A stretch of 63,069 bases of DNA, filler included, from Basidiobolus ranarum (GCA_040143965.1; 45 parts of 45 records of this genome joined end to end with filler, not necessarily neighbours in it); one strand, 5' to 3'; shown: positions 11,275 to 24,175, counted from the first letter of the whole stretch. A program made the numbers and translations. Notes: a model not told the origin generated them from the sequence alone.

Positions 11275-12581
11275 ATTTTGTGTTATTTTCAAATTCTAAG
11301 CCTGAAACAAGCCGATTCCAGATCATGTGGGTTGGTTTCTGTTCCCCAATGTAGCCTGATCTTCTATACCCATGTTTGACAGTTTGAGCAGGAATATCCA
11401 AGGAAATCTGGTTTTGTCATTGATAAAGATCATGAAGTACCTTTTCCTGGCTAGTGAGACCTTTTTTGTCCCTCACATAGATCAGAATGAATCAGGGCAA
11501 AATTCTGAGTAGGTTTGATCTCTCCAGAGCTTGAAAATGTCTGTCTGTGATGTTTTCCATATATGCAACCTTCACACAGACCAAAATTTAGTACTATTTT
11601 CAACTTCTTAGCCTGAAACAAGCTTATTTTTGATCATTTAGGTCAGTTTTTTCCCCAATGTGGCCTTGTCATCTACACCACATATGCCAGCTTATTTCAC
11701 TGGTTTTGGGCAAGCTTGCCTGCTCTGATTGCAATTTGCTGATTTCCAGCTTGTATAAGTTTTGCGTTTTATTCCCAGTATGTAATTGGTATTATTCCGA
11801 CCTGTGATAGTGCATTCAGCTTAGCTGACCAACAAAATCAGTTCTTGACTTGTTGCATGGCTTACTGAGTGTAGATTCCTGGCTATATTTGGTACATAAA
11901 GTACATCATCCAATTTTACTGATGATGTAGTTGAATTTTGGTCTAAATAGAGCACAACTGCCCTTTACCAACTGTAACTAGTGCACATTCATCACCTAAG
12001 TAGCTTTTCCTTATTTGGATTGGTTATAAGCTTGAAAATCACTCTTTCATGTTTGACATATGGTGGGAAACTCCTGAATCAATGTATCGCATTTCTAAAA
12101 TTTCTTTAGTGTTGCTGATGGTGCAGACACAAATAGATGATTCCTATTAGTGCTTGCTTGACTTGCTTGTTCCAATTTTAGCTTTTTGGAAAAAATGGTT
12201 TTTTGCAACCATTGATTAAATGGCCTGGTTTCTTCCAATACTGGTGGATGATTGATTTTCTATTAGCGGCACTGTTGATTAAGCCTGTTCAACTTTTTAC
12301 AGCTCCAAAAAGTGCCTGTTCTGCATTATTTTGCTGAGAATTAGATCTTCTTAATTCTTCATTCAAAAGCCTAGCACCAACATATTTCATTGTTGATGGC
12401 TGTGATCTTGATTCTAGAGCATTTATGAGGTCACCAAACTCATCTTGCAGGCATCCAAGCCGTGTCATAACTAAGTTATCTTCATTTAGGGGTGCTCCAA
12501 TGGAAGATAGCTGAGCTGCCTTAGTTGTGATCAAACTTCTATGTAAATGCAGACACTTTGGTAATAGTAGTAGTAGACATT
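11275..12581 (-). mobile_element. Copia gag-protease-integrase relic
   Basis: ARLLNEELRR gag segment, YIDSG protease and integrase N-terminus; homologous to 1412-1800. Confidence 0.85.
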
Positions 12582-12681
12582 NNNNNNNNNNNNNNNNNNN
12601 NNNNNNNNNNNNNNNNNNNNNNNNNTTAATTAATTAANNNNNNNNNNNNNNNNNNNNNNNNNNNNNNNNNNNNNNNNNNNN

Positions 12682-13988
12682 ATATTGCAGTGTTATGTGC
12701 TTGTCATGGCCTGTATAGTAGATTCTTAGTTCTTACTTATGACTGAATACAAATCATTATGGTGTTCTGCCTGCAATTCCCTGGTTGTAATATGTTAACC
12801 AAATTTTCTATGGAGGGTTGTTCAACAGTGAGCAAAGTAGCAATTTTGGAAGTTGATGGGCTTGATGATGTTTTGGGTGAACTTTGCTCAGCTATTGATT
12901 TACTATGTAATTGGGGGTTTACAATCTCTTTACTTGCACTATTGCTTGAAAGGAACATGTCTGGTAAATTGATTAATGCTTCATCATTACTTGAGTTAGT
13001 TTCTGGCAAGTTAATGTCTTCCAAAGTGGATAGTGGATTGCTAGACTGCTCATCAATTAAGTCCTATGTTCTTGGTGGTTATTTTCCTTTTGTGCCAGTA
13101 GGCTTTGGCTTGTAAGCTGATTTTGATTTAGTTTTGAATGCTTTTTGAATGGCATTGAAGTTTTCAGATAGTAAACTTGGGGTAATGAAATTGCTTAGAA
13201 ACAGCTTAAAATAAACCAAAATTGCCATCCATTACCAGAAATATCTTGTAAATCCTCTGACAACTCATTTGTGACACTGTCTGAGAATCAGCTGATGATA
13301 TTGATGTGCTATACCTAAAATACCACCCTTGCTTGGGAGGTGTTCTTTTTCTACAATATCCTTCTCATGCTGCAACACAAATGTTTTAAGAAGCACTGAT
13401 ATCATTGTCACAAATGCATGTGCTATGAAAGCTGGGGGCTTCACAGAAAAAATAATCACAAGCATGGTCACTGTACAAAGCCACTAGCTGCATAAAGCCT
13501 GGTGTATAATAACAATAATAAGAGCACTAAATTGACTGTAGTTTTGCCTATTGAGTCCACTGACTGTAGTTTTCCTCAAAGTAATGGTAACACTGCCAAA
13601 AGTCAAAATGCCATGGAGTTACCACAGTTATACAACCAGAATGATGTATGTCAAAATGCAACTTTGGTCAAACCACTAAGTCCAGACAACTTTGAGGACT
13701 TGCTGCTAGATGTTGACCCTGTTTATTCCAGTATCAAGGGTAGTATATCAGAAGTTGAAGAAGAAGACAATGGTTTTGTTATGGACTCTTTGTTATTGTC
13801 AAACATTAGTCCACTCATGACACTAACAGTAAAGGAAGCAGCCTTGATTATTGAAGAGTGGAAAGTTCAATCCAATATTAGCAACCAGGTGTTTATTGGT
13901 TTTCTTACACTTTTACCACAGTTGATTGTCAACTGTTGCTTGCCACAGACCTGGTACAAGTGGAAAACACTTGTCAATCATATGACTT
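12682..13988. mobile_element. CACTA-type element divergent region (ORF1 on minus; transposase N-terminus on plus from about 13502)
   Basis: Reverse complement of the 1-640 region; ORF 13502 matches 8880-9395. Confidence 0.82.
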
Positions 13989-14088
13989 NNNNNNNNNNNN
14001 NNNNNNNNNNNNNNNNNNNNNNNNNNNNNNNNTTAATTAATTAANNNNNNNNNNNNNNNNNNNNNNNNNNNNNNNNNNNNNNNNNNNN

Positions 14089-15304
14089 AAGTTCTCAGAT
14101 ATAGAGATTTTTCAAACTTGTGCTAGAAGCCCCAAACTTTGCACACATGTTCCTGGGACCTTCCTTAACATATTCTACATGTTAGTTTGTTTACATCTTA
14201 AAAAAACTATAGATGTCAACTTTCTACTCAATAAATCAATAAGCAAAAACCACCAATTTCTCTACTTCTTCAAACCACTTCCAACAGGCTCCCAAATACT
14301 TTAAAACTCTTTAGAATAAACTTGAGGAGATGGTTACAATATATCATTAGTATAGCCAACATGCCCATGAATTACATCCCCCATTTGTAGTTGAAATTGG
14401 GGATACAAAGAGTAATGAATGGATGGCAAATAGTAATTTTAACTAAGAATCCTAGCATTGGATACCAATAGCTTCACCCCACCTGCAATATTATCATTAC
14501 TACATTTTGACTATCCCAGGCACAAACAGCACATTTTTAGTGTTAAATGCACACAAATTGCCCTAATGGCCTTCTTGAGAACAGAGCTCAAAATTTACAA
14601 AAAAATATGAGATTCATCCACGATATTGTTAAAAAAGGAAGTCATGATTAACATATGAGACAATTACATATTAATAAAGACAATCCATATAAAATTTTTT
14701 GTGGAAATACTAAAATATATTATAGTTTGTTGAAATATTTTTGCAAGTTTGTTGGAAGTGGTTTAGAAAGGTAGAAGAATTGATGGCTTTCACTTTTTGA
14801 TATATTGGGTACAAAGTTGACATTTATAGTCTTGCAAAGATATAAACAAACAGAAATGTGGAATGTTGATGTAGGTTCCAGGAATATGCTCCAAATTTGG
14901 GGCTTCAAGCACCAGTTTGTAAGTCTACATATAAAGTAGAATTGTCTAAGCATCTGTATAGTCATATATAGCTTTGTATTTAGTTGTTCTATATTTAACT
15001 AATATAGCATGTTGAAATTTATAATCTTTATCATCTCTATCTTTATACACCTAGCTATTTCATATATCATGTATAAGTTAGTTAAGATTACTTAGTCAAA
15101 TATCACTTGACTGCAAATCATAACATGTATTATAAATCTATATATATGAACTATGTAGGAATTAGCAATTCCATATTGGAAATCTCAAATTCATCCAAAT
15201 TGCCCCAAAGATACCTCATTTTACTGCCACAGATGTTCAGAACACAACCCCAGTGTTAGTTTTCTGTATATCCACCAAAATGTACAAATGCTTCTTTTCT
15301 GGAC
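14089..15304. repeat. Cluster of copia LTR fragments (LTR-B at about 14089-14305 and 14712-15016; LTR-A at about 15011-15304)
   Basis: Homology to LTRs at 49711-50056 and 33964-34337. Confidence 0.75.
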
Positions 15305-15305
15305 A

Positions 15306-15395
15306 GTAAATCATTATCAGGATCTTTTCACCAGTTAACTACTTACTTTTCAACTTTCCCTCACGGTACTATTACTCTATCGCTCATTGTATCAT
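15306..15395 (-). pseudogene. Large-subunit rRNA fragment, probably mitochondrial (NUMT)
   Basis: Minus strand GCGATAGAGTAATAGTACCGTGAGGGAAAGTTGAAAAG...GTGAAAAGATCCTGA matches the conserved LSU AGTACCGTGAGGGAAAG motif in an AT-rich organellar-like context. Confidence 0.65.
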
Positions 15396-15605
15396 NNNNN
15401 NNNNNNNNNNNNNNNNNNNNNNNNNNNNNNNNNNNNNNNTTAATTAATTAANNNNNNNNNNNNNNNNNNNNNNNNNNNNNNNNNNNNNNNNNNNNAAAAT
15501 TTGAGGTGATTTGGAGAAGTTTTGAGAAAATAGTGAAAATTGGTAAAAGTGATCTAATTGATATTTCTATCAATTAGAGCAATAAACACACGTTTTTGAA
15601 TAACA

Positions 15606-16400
15606 GCTGCCATGTATTCTTCTTCAGTTGTTGAAAGTGCTATGGTGAGTTGTTACTTGCTATTCCAAGATATGGCTGCTTTACTGTAGAGAAAGGTATA
15701 TCCAGTGATAGATCTTCTGTCCTCAGTATCATGTCCCCAAGCTGGGTCACTAAACTCAATTTGGTCTTTTTTCTTATAAGAATATGTGTATCTCAATCCC
15801 AGATCAATTGTCCCCTTAAAATATCTGAAAATCCACTTAACTGCTGCATAATGCTCAGATCCTGGGTTTTGCACATGTTGGCTTACTACTCTTTCTGTAA
15901 AAGAGATCTCTGGCTGGGTTCCATTGATGCCATAGATCAAACTACCTACCATAGATTGATAAGGGAGCTCAGGGCTTTCAAATGATATATTTTAAGCCAT
16001 ATTTGGCTGATTTTCATCATTTGGGATGGGATTTTTGACTAGTCTCACACCTGGATCCATGGGAGTTGCATGAAAATGGTGTTCAAAATTAAGCAGTAAG
16101 CCTATGGATCTGTAGAAAGATATAAAGCCAGACTTGGGGCTAAAGGATACTCTCAAGTTGAAGGTGTGGACTACGATGAAACTTTTGCTGCTGTAACAAA
16201 GGTTTATTCCATCAGAACTGTACTAGCAGTAGTAGCAAAAAACAGCTTAAAAATCCTTCAAATAGATGTGAAAACTGCTCTTTTGAATGGAGACTTGGAA
16301 GAGTATACATTCATGGATTAACCTGATGTTTTTATGAATCCTGAGCACCCAGAGGATGTTTATAAGCTACAAAAATCACCATGTGCACTTAAACAATCAC
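15606..16400. mobile_element. Copia RT/RNase H fragments in opposite orientations
   Basis: Minus strand MVGSLIY...RRSITGY...ISWNSK; plus strand RYKARL and VDYDETF. Confidence 0.85.
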
Positions 16401-16801
16401 CCCTTAACAGAAATATGAGGATTGTTATTGTAGGAAAACCATCACCATTTTAATCCATATGGGGTTGACCATTTACTTACCATCATAAAATCATCAAGTT
16501 AGATTTGATTTTAATCAATTTTTTAGTTTCAGGAGTGAAATTTCAAGATCTTGCAAAATAGTTGCAAATGATTGGCTAAAATCTCAGAGAACTATGGATC
16601 AACACATGTGCAAAAAACGTAACTCAATTTTCACAAAATTACCACTTGAACGCTAATTTGTCATCTTCAAAATCGCTAGTCTCTTTGATATATTCTCCTG
16701 AATATTTTTATAGAGTTCTTTATACCTAAGGTTTAGCTCATACCCAACACATGTTTGTATTAATATCTCCATCAAAGCCCACCATTGTATTAACATTGCT
16801 G
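16401..16801. mobile_element. CACTA-type left end with ORF1 3' end
   Basis: CCCTTAACAGAAAT start; homologous to 59525 onward. Confidence 0.8.
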
Positions 16802-16901
16802 NNNNNNNNNNNNNNNNNNNNNNNNNNNNNNNNNNNNNNNNNNNNTTAATTAATTAANNNNNNNNNNNNNNNNNNNNNNNNNNNNNNNNNNNNNNNNNNN
16901 N

Positions 16902-18207
16902 TGGCTCTAGAATCAAGAATTGAAAATTTGACCAGAGATTATATATTTGGCAGACTGCTGGATAAAGATTTATGCAAAGCAGGATCCAACCAAAAGATTG
17001 AAGAAAATGCTTTAATAGGTTATGGAAATCTTCCTATAAAGGTCAAAAGCATTTTCAGAAGAGAAGTAGCATATTCTGTGATTACTGTAAAAGATCTGGC
17101 CATTTAAGCAAAGATTGCCTTAAAGGAATTGCAAAAGAAGAAAAATATACTGAATCTGGAAATGTGGTTACAACAGAAGATCAATTGTTCATATCTGCTC
17201 TATCTATGACTACCATCAAGGATTCCCAGATGTGGTATATTGATTCCAGAGCCTGCCAACATTTCCCAAATGAAAAACATTGGTGTGTGTATTATGAAGA
17301 AATCCCAATTAGAAATGTTTTCATGGGAGATGACCTAACATTTAATGCTATTGGAATGACAACAATTCAAGTCAATTTAACTGGAGCTTCTGAAGAGAAA
17401 GTGTACACTTTTAAAGATGTGCTACATGTTCCAGATATTGCCAAGAATTCAATCTCTGTATGCGAGGCAACCTCAGAAGGGCTTAAATTCAATTTTGATA
17501 AGTCAGGATGCACCATCAATTATCAGAATGGGAATTATTTAGCTTTGGGAGAAAAGGATCTGTACTTATACAAGCTTACATATAATCCAAGAGATTTATG
17601 TGTAAATATAAGTTATTCCAATCAAGAAACTATTGAATTAGGGCATAGAAGATTTGGCCATATTGGATTTGATACTTGAGCAAAATGATCAAAATCAACT
17701 AATTTCTGGAATCTAAGTTAACCCCCCACAACCAAAATGAAAATTTGTGAGGGTTTTATATATGGAAAACTAACCAGGCAACCATTCAAGAGCTTTGGTT
17801 TAATCAAATCTGTCAAAAAATTGGATTGAATTCACTCAGATTTGTGTGGACCTATGCAAAATTTATCTTCAGGCAGAAAAAGATATTTAATCACATTTGT
17901 TGATAATTACACATGACACACTTGGGTATACTTTATGGAAAGAAAAGAAGAATCTCTCTCTATCTTTAGAGATTTTAAAACACTTGCGGAGACTGTAACT
18001 GGAACTAAAATCAAAAAAATACGTACTGATAATGGTGGAGAATATACTTAAACACTATTTAAGCACTTTTGCAAAGTTCATGGAATTAAGCAAGAAACTA
18101 CTGCTCCCTATTCACCTTAACAAAATGGAGTTGCTGAAAGAGCTAACAGGACTATAATAGAAATGGCAAGATCTATGATAAATGCACAAAATTTATCTCA
18201 TAACTTT
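16902..18207 (+). mobile_element. Copia gag zinc knuckle, protease and integrase relic
   Basis: CDYCKRSGH, WYIDS, HRRFGH, SDLCGPM, TDNGGEY and QNGVAERANRT motifs. Confidence 0.92.
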
Positions 18208-18307
18208 NNNNNNNNNNNNNNNNNNNNNNNNNNNNNNNNNNNNNNNNNNNNTTAATTAATTAANNNNNNNNNNNNNNNNNNNNNNNNNNNNNNNNNNNNN
18301 NNNNNNN

Positions 18308-18414
18308 CAAAATGTATAAATGCTTAATTTCTGGTCAATAAATAATTATCTCACAAAGCTATTCACAACTCCACTTTTCTAAAGTTCCTCCAAACAGCCC
18401 ATATTTTCCCAATA
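18308..18414 (+). repeat. LTR-A 3' end inserted into the adjacent unknown gene
   Basis: Matches 33964-34070 in reverse complement; ends CCCAATA. Confidence 0.85.
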
Positions 18415-18788
18415 ATGGCAACGCTCTTCTCTTGATAATTTTTTCTAATGGGAAGATCTCCAAGATCTAAAAACTTTGGATTAGTTTCTTTGGCATGTTT
18501 TTTAGGGTGTTCTTTGAGAGATAGACCTCCAAGCCCCCCAAGCCCCCCAAGACCTCCTAATCCACTAATATTAGTAGATTTTTTAGGGTGTTCTTTGAGA
18601 GATAGACCTCCAAGCCCCCCAAGACCCTCTAATCCTGACAATTCCTTATGGTGAAATCCTTCTAAAGAATCTCTCAACGATGTTAACCCTGCTAAGTTGG
18701 AGCCAGGATTATTTAGTTGACTGCCATTACTCTCTTTGTCACTGCTATCCTCAAAAAAGTTGTTGATAGTTATTTTTTTGTTCTCCAT
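18415..18788 (-). CDS. Hypothetical low-complexity protein with a duplicated GLGGLGGLSLKEHPKK motif; 3' end interrupted by the LTR
   Basis: ATG start, about 125 open codons to the LTR junction, in-frame internal repeats. Confidence 0.55.
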
Positions 18789-18888
18789 TGTGATACAAGT
18801 ATTTTTTTAAAAATGTATATTATATTTGGTCATTAGTTACATGTTTTGATTTAATACATAATATATAAATACAGCTAAATATATAATT

Positions 18889-19320
18889 TTATTCACCAAG
18901 TACATACTCAAGGTGTTTAATTTTGGATGGTAAAGATTTTATAAGCGATGTTGGTAGTTTGCTATATGTAAGACAAGCATTGTTTTTTTGAGATGCATTA
19001 TGTGATTGTATATCCAATATTGCCCCAAAACTGTTTATTATAACATCATTTGCTTGGATAATCCTAGGGCCATCCCAGACTAATTTATGATTCCAATGAA
19101 TTTTTTTGAGAATTGTACAGTTAATTGGTATAATATCTTTATTACCATTCTTACTAATAATCTTGGCAAAATCTGAAAATGGGTCACCAGAATATTTGAA
19201 TGTTTCTGGATAAGTAACACTGATAAAATTTATAGAGTTATTCATGAAATTATTTATAATATGATCTTTTTGGACATTTATCCATATCACTTTGACATAA
19301 GTTCATAAAAGAGTATTCAT
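18889..19320 (-). CDS. Hypothetical Ile/Asn/Lys-rich protein; likely true start ATG at 19320 with one in-frame TGA
   Basis: 133-aa intronless ORF in very AT-rich DNA; upstream in frame reads MNTLL*TYVKV. Confidence 0.5.
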
Positions 19321-19426
19321 GTATAAAGATAATAATATATTAACATATACAATAGATGATTATTATAAATATCTGAATATAAAAGAAGGGCTATTCCTAT
19401 TAAATGAGAATCCCTATAAGCACTAT

Positions 19427-19613
19427 CCCTAACAGATATTTGAGGATTGTTATTGTAGGAAAACCGTCACAATTTTAATCCATTTGGGATTGACTGTTTA
19501 CTTACCATCATAAAATCGTCAAGTTAGATTTGATTTTAATCAATTTGTTCAGTTTCAGGAGTGAAATTTCAAGCTCTTGCAAAATAGTTGCAAATGATTG
19601 GCTAAAATCTCAG
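19427..19613. mobile_element. CACTA-type left end
   Basis: CCCTAACAGATATTTGAGG terminus. Confidence 0.85.
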
Positions 19614-20016
19614 NNNNNNNNNNNNNNNNNNNNNNNNNNNNNNNNNNNNNNNNNNNNTTAATTAATTAANNNNNNNNNNNNNNNNNNNNNNNNNNNNNNN
19701 NNNNNNNNNNNNNATGGACATGAAGATACTTTAATTGTGGAAGGATTATAAGTCATACAATTGACAAGTGTTTTCCACTTTAATCAGGTCTGTGGCAAGC
19801 TACAGTAGCCAATCAACTGTGGTAAAAGCGTAAGAAAACCAATAAGCATCTGGTTGCCAAGATTGAATTGAACTCTCCACTCCCCAATAATCAAAGCTGT
19901 TTCTTTTACTTAGGTGCTACGGGTAAGCTAATGCTTGCCAATAACAGAGAGGTGGTAATAAAACTATCGTCCTCTTCTTCATCCTCTGATATACTACCAT
20001 CAGTACTGGAATAGCC

Positions 20017-20368
20017 TGATAAAAGTGTTTAGGGGATTTGGAATTGTTTTGGAAAAGATTTGTATTTGTGAATTAAACACTTATGTTTTATTGAATTGAA
20101 TATGTGCTATTTATAGTTTACTATGAAATAGGACTGTTTGATATGCTTTGATCATAACAAACATGCCTGTTAGGCATGGTTGAAAATTTGAGGTGATTTG
20201 GAGAAGATTTGAGAAAATAGTGAAAATTTGTAAAAGTGATCTAATTGATATTACTATCAATTAGAGCAATAAACACATATTTTTGAATGATAAAATTGAG
20301 TACTAAACAAGTAGAATATGAATAAATTAACTGCTAAGTAATGAGTTGCTATATACCTAATTTCAACA
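20017..20368 (-). repeat. Copia 3' LTR (LTR-C, 352 bp) inserted in a CACTA transposase (19714-20016)
   Basis: TG...CA termini, adjacent PPT (GAGTGGGAA), matches 51418-51769. Confidence 0.88.
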
Positions 20369-21018
20369 TTCCCACTCACTAATTATTTGGTATTTCTCTT
20401 GAACCTCACTGATATTTTGTTAATCTAAATTGTCTCAGCTAAAGGTTTGGTTAAGATATCAGCTATCATTTCTTTGGTAGGGCAATAGACAAGTTCAATT
20501 ATATTATTCTCTACTGCTTCTCTAACAAAATGATGCCTAATATCTATATGTTTTCTTGTAGCATGAAACTTAGGGCCTTTAGCTAATAAAATATAACTTT
20601 GGCTATCTTCAAATACAGTAATAACACATTTTTGCATGTATCCTGAGCCTGTAAATAACTTGATTAACCTCATAGCTTCTTGTGTAGTAGCGGAGTCAGC
20701 CATATACTCTGCTTCTGTACTGGAAAGTGCTATGGTTAGTTTCTTCTTACTATTCCAAGTTATGGCTCCATTACCATAGAGAAAAGTGTACCCAGTCATT
20801 GATCTTCTATCATCAAGATTTTTTTCCCAGTCTGCATCACTCTAGCCTTCAAATTTTGTGCATCAGGAGCAACAGAGTATTCCAGAACTAGATCAACAGT
20901 TCCTCTCAAACACCTGAATGTTTGTTTTACTACCGTTTTGTGCTCAGCTTGAGGTTTCATCAATTGGTATTTGGTCATATCCTGAGTATAGGTCATATGT
21001 TGAATATATGGAAGCTAC
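20369..21018 (-). mobile_element. Copia RT/RNase H 3' end
   Basis: ALSSTEAEY, KHIDIRHHFVRE and MIADILTKPL motifs. Confidence 0.92.
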
Positions 21019-21269
21019 NNNNNNNNNNNNNNNNNNNNNNNNNNNNNNNNNNNNNNNNNNNNTTAATTAATTAANNNNNNNNNNNNNNNNNNNNNNNNNN
21101 NNNNNNNNNNNNNNNNNNAACATAGCAACCCACTACTATTCCCAAGACATATATTAGTTAGATCTGCTCTGCTTATATATCCTGCTTAAACAGTTCTAAG
21201 ATTTTGCACTTAACTGTTTCTCTGGTTCAGTAAAGTTCAAGACCTTTTATCCACTTTTCCCTTGGACAC

Positions 21270-22423
21270 AACAGATATTTTGGGCTTTGTATTCCAGCCA
21301 TAATGAGAATCAAAAAAAACAAGAATCTCAATGCACTTAGTCTCTACATATGTATATATTTGACTGATTAGAGATAACCCAACAACATCATTATGCTTTA
21401 CCAGAAAACTAGCAGTGGAAAAATTGCTAAACATCTGAAATTTTAAATATCACTGACACTTGGCAAATAGCTGACTCTTGTTACCATTCACAATGAGAAT
21501 AACCTCTTGGATTTTGGCAAATTTCCATAAAGAATTCAGCCAATATATCCCCAACTTGCAGTCAACAAATGTCCTGCCACAAGTAGATATGTCATTGCTT
21601 GAATAGAATACCCCATGGTTAAAACAATAATACTACATATCTCCATCTATCTCTCCAAGAAGTCTGTCTTGCAGCTTCCCTAAACATACAATCGGATCAT
21701 CACACAAGCAAATTAGTCCAATTATAAAGGTACTCACTCTGTGTCCGTGGATTAGGCTTTGTAGCTGTAATTGTGCTCAAACAATGTGAAAACCTGTGAG
21801 CACATTGAAAAGAACCCTATGTTGGCAGGTTAATATACTCTGGAGTCTCCTTAACCCATTGCATTACATTGATCACTGATTTTGCTGATACATTGTTAAT
21901 AAGATTAGCATACAGTAATACTGACAATTTCATATGGAGCATCATTTCACTGCATGTGTGCCCCATTGGGAACTCCCAGAATGTATAGTTAGGGCCTATA
22001 ATCTCTTAGCATGGTGAAAGATGCAGCAGGGAATGTATTGAATACCGGCATAGATTCAGTCTATCTTCTTTAAACCTGTAATAAAGTTTTCATATCCAAT
22101 TACAAAATCTTTGCACAGTTGCTCTATCTGCCTGAGATCTGCCAATGTGAGTTGACGCCATAAGAATATATTAACAATATCAACAAACAACTCCCAATGT
22201 TGCCAATACTTATCAGGCTGAAATTTTTTCAGAATTCCACTTGAATATATACAAATCCAATACTTCCAGTCTTTGCATTTAAATAAATGCCAAGATGGGT
22301 GGATATTGATGGGAGTGCTGGTAAATATAATGGTATCTTGATGTTTTCAAGCATTTTCCCAATTGATTCAAACTTTGATCCTATCTTGAATGGCTCATTC
22401 ATATTGAATTTTCCACTATATAG
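21270..22423 (-). pseudogene. CACTA transposase C-terminal half
   Basis: Reverse-complement homology to 7700-8358 and 30949-32000. Confidence 0.85.
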
Positions 22424-22879
22424 NNNNNNNNNNNNNNNNNNNNNNNNNNNNNNNNNNNNNNNNNNNNTTAATTAATTAANNNNNNNNNNNNNNNNNNNNN
22501 NNNNNNNNNNNNNNNNNNNNNNNGGTGAGGATTATACTATATTTGGAAAGAGAAAATTCAAACAGATGGTGGACTTTTGGATAAATTCAGCCGAAGTAAG
22601 CCACTACCTAAGTAAATGTAATAATACAACCATGAGGTAAGTGAACAAAATAATAGTTGACAAATTGTGTCACTGCCTGTTGGAATATGGTCAACCTTCA
22701 ATTTGGAAACAAAGTTGGAATAAATCCTAACTTAAGGAAGAAAGAATCAAAGCACTGGAAAGTAAAATGAACAGGTATGAGGAATCCAGAAACAGGCTAG
22801 GACAGCTATAAAACAATAATGGATCAAGAAGGTTAAGCTGGTTACTAGGCAACAAAATATGGAAGAAATATTTAAAGAT

Positions 22880-23828
22880 TGCTGTTCTCAAATGCTTTGG
22901 ATACTTGCATAATCTTTTTGGTTTATATTCTACAGATTATCAACTTGCAAATGACTCAAATTATTTTGACTGTAAATGCAACTCTCTCCAGTGCATAAAG
23001 GCATATGCTGGACTGTCTAGTATGTGTGAAGCTCTCCAAAACAAGTCATTCAACCATTTTCTGTCAAGAAGGGGCTTCATACCATCTACATAGCAATAGA
23101 AATTATTTTAAAGACCCAAATCTTGGAGAACTCCATCACCAGCCACTTTGATTAAGAAGCAGTATGGGGAAGTGTTATTGATCTCATATTGTAGGTAGTG
23201 AAACCACAGAGGAAAAAGCAAGTCAATAAAGTTTAGACATATGATGTACACAGATGGTGCCAATATGTTAGTGTTAAAGCAAAGCCACAATCCAAAGAAG
23301 AAGGGTTGCAGTGACGCAAAGCCTCTTGCTTCAGAAGAGGAGTTTTAGTCTTTCGAGAAGTTAGGAAGAGAAGAGATGAAGGCTGGTATTGGAAAATGTG
23401 TGCTAATTGATCCTGGACATTGCGATTTGTTGTGCTGTAAGCATTAGGAAAGTATTGCTGAAAACAAAATAGTTTACCAATATACAAGTAACCAAAAATC
23501 AATTGAAACAAAATACAGAAAATTCAGGATGCTCAGAGAGAACGTGAAGACAGACCAAGTCATCACAGCTGAGCTTTCCCTGTCACATTTTAAATCTTCG
23601 GCTGCCAACAAAGACAAGTTTGCCAAGTATCTTCAAGAAAAAGCCAAGGTCACTCCGGTCATGGGAGCATATAGCTCAAATGAAGATCACCTTGCAGGAG
23701 AAGACTGGCGTACCAGCGGTTTGTTACCTTTTAGAAAAACGAAGCTCTCGAGTTTCATTAACCAACTACAATCAGACAAACGGCCTGCCAAGAATCTTCG
23801 AGAGAAGTTTGGGAATGATACTATAATA
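22880..23828 (+). pseudogene. Fanzor1 (eukaryotic TnpB-derived RNA-guided RuvC nuclease) fragment, decayed and 3'-truncated by the contig edge
   Basis: One frame from 23223 reads FRHMMYTDG...GKCVLIDPGHCDLLCCKH*ESIAENKIVYQYTSNQK...FRKTKLSSFINQLQSDKRPAKNLREKFGND; RuvC-I DPG at 23409-23417; upstream SFN...RRGFIPS and WGSVIDL segments; motif order as recalled for Mucoromycota-type Fanzor1. Confidence 0.8.
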
Positions 23829-23928
23829 NNNNNNNNNNNNNNNNNNNNNNNNNNNNNNNNNNNNNNNNNNNNTTAATTAATTAANNNNNNNNNNNNNNNN
23901 NNNNNNNNNNNNNNNNNNNNNNNNNNNN

Positions 23929-24175
23929 CAAAATCTTGATTAATTCTCAATACATCCATACTCAAAGATATCCATTGAGAGCTCTAGACTTAAGACACTA
24001 TGAATAAAGCTTTCATTATCTTTTGAATGTGCAATAATGACTAAAAGTACTTTTCTTAAACACACCACATAAGTAAAATAAACTGTTTCCAAAATGGTAA
24101 ATAACATCGTGCTGGATAGTCCCCAATCATGCCAATTTGTGCTGGCACACTTTTTAGCTGGCCTGATCTGGCTCA
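23929..24175 (+). mobile_element. Harbinger-like element 3' end, second copy
   Basis: Reverse complement of 6547-6793. Confidence 0.75.

Noticed and set aside
18448-18654. Pro-rich plus-strand ORF
   Set aside because: Antisense shadow of the GLGG repeats in the minus-strand gene
22524-22880. Upstream extension of the Fanzor or its partner transposase
   Set aside because: Stop-riddled with no Fanzor or DDE motifs; possibly an unrelated LINE-like remnant
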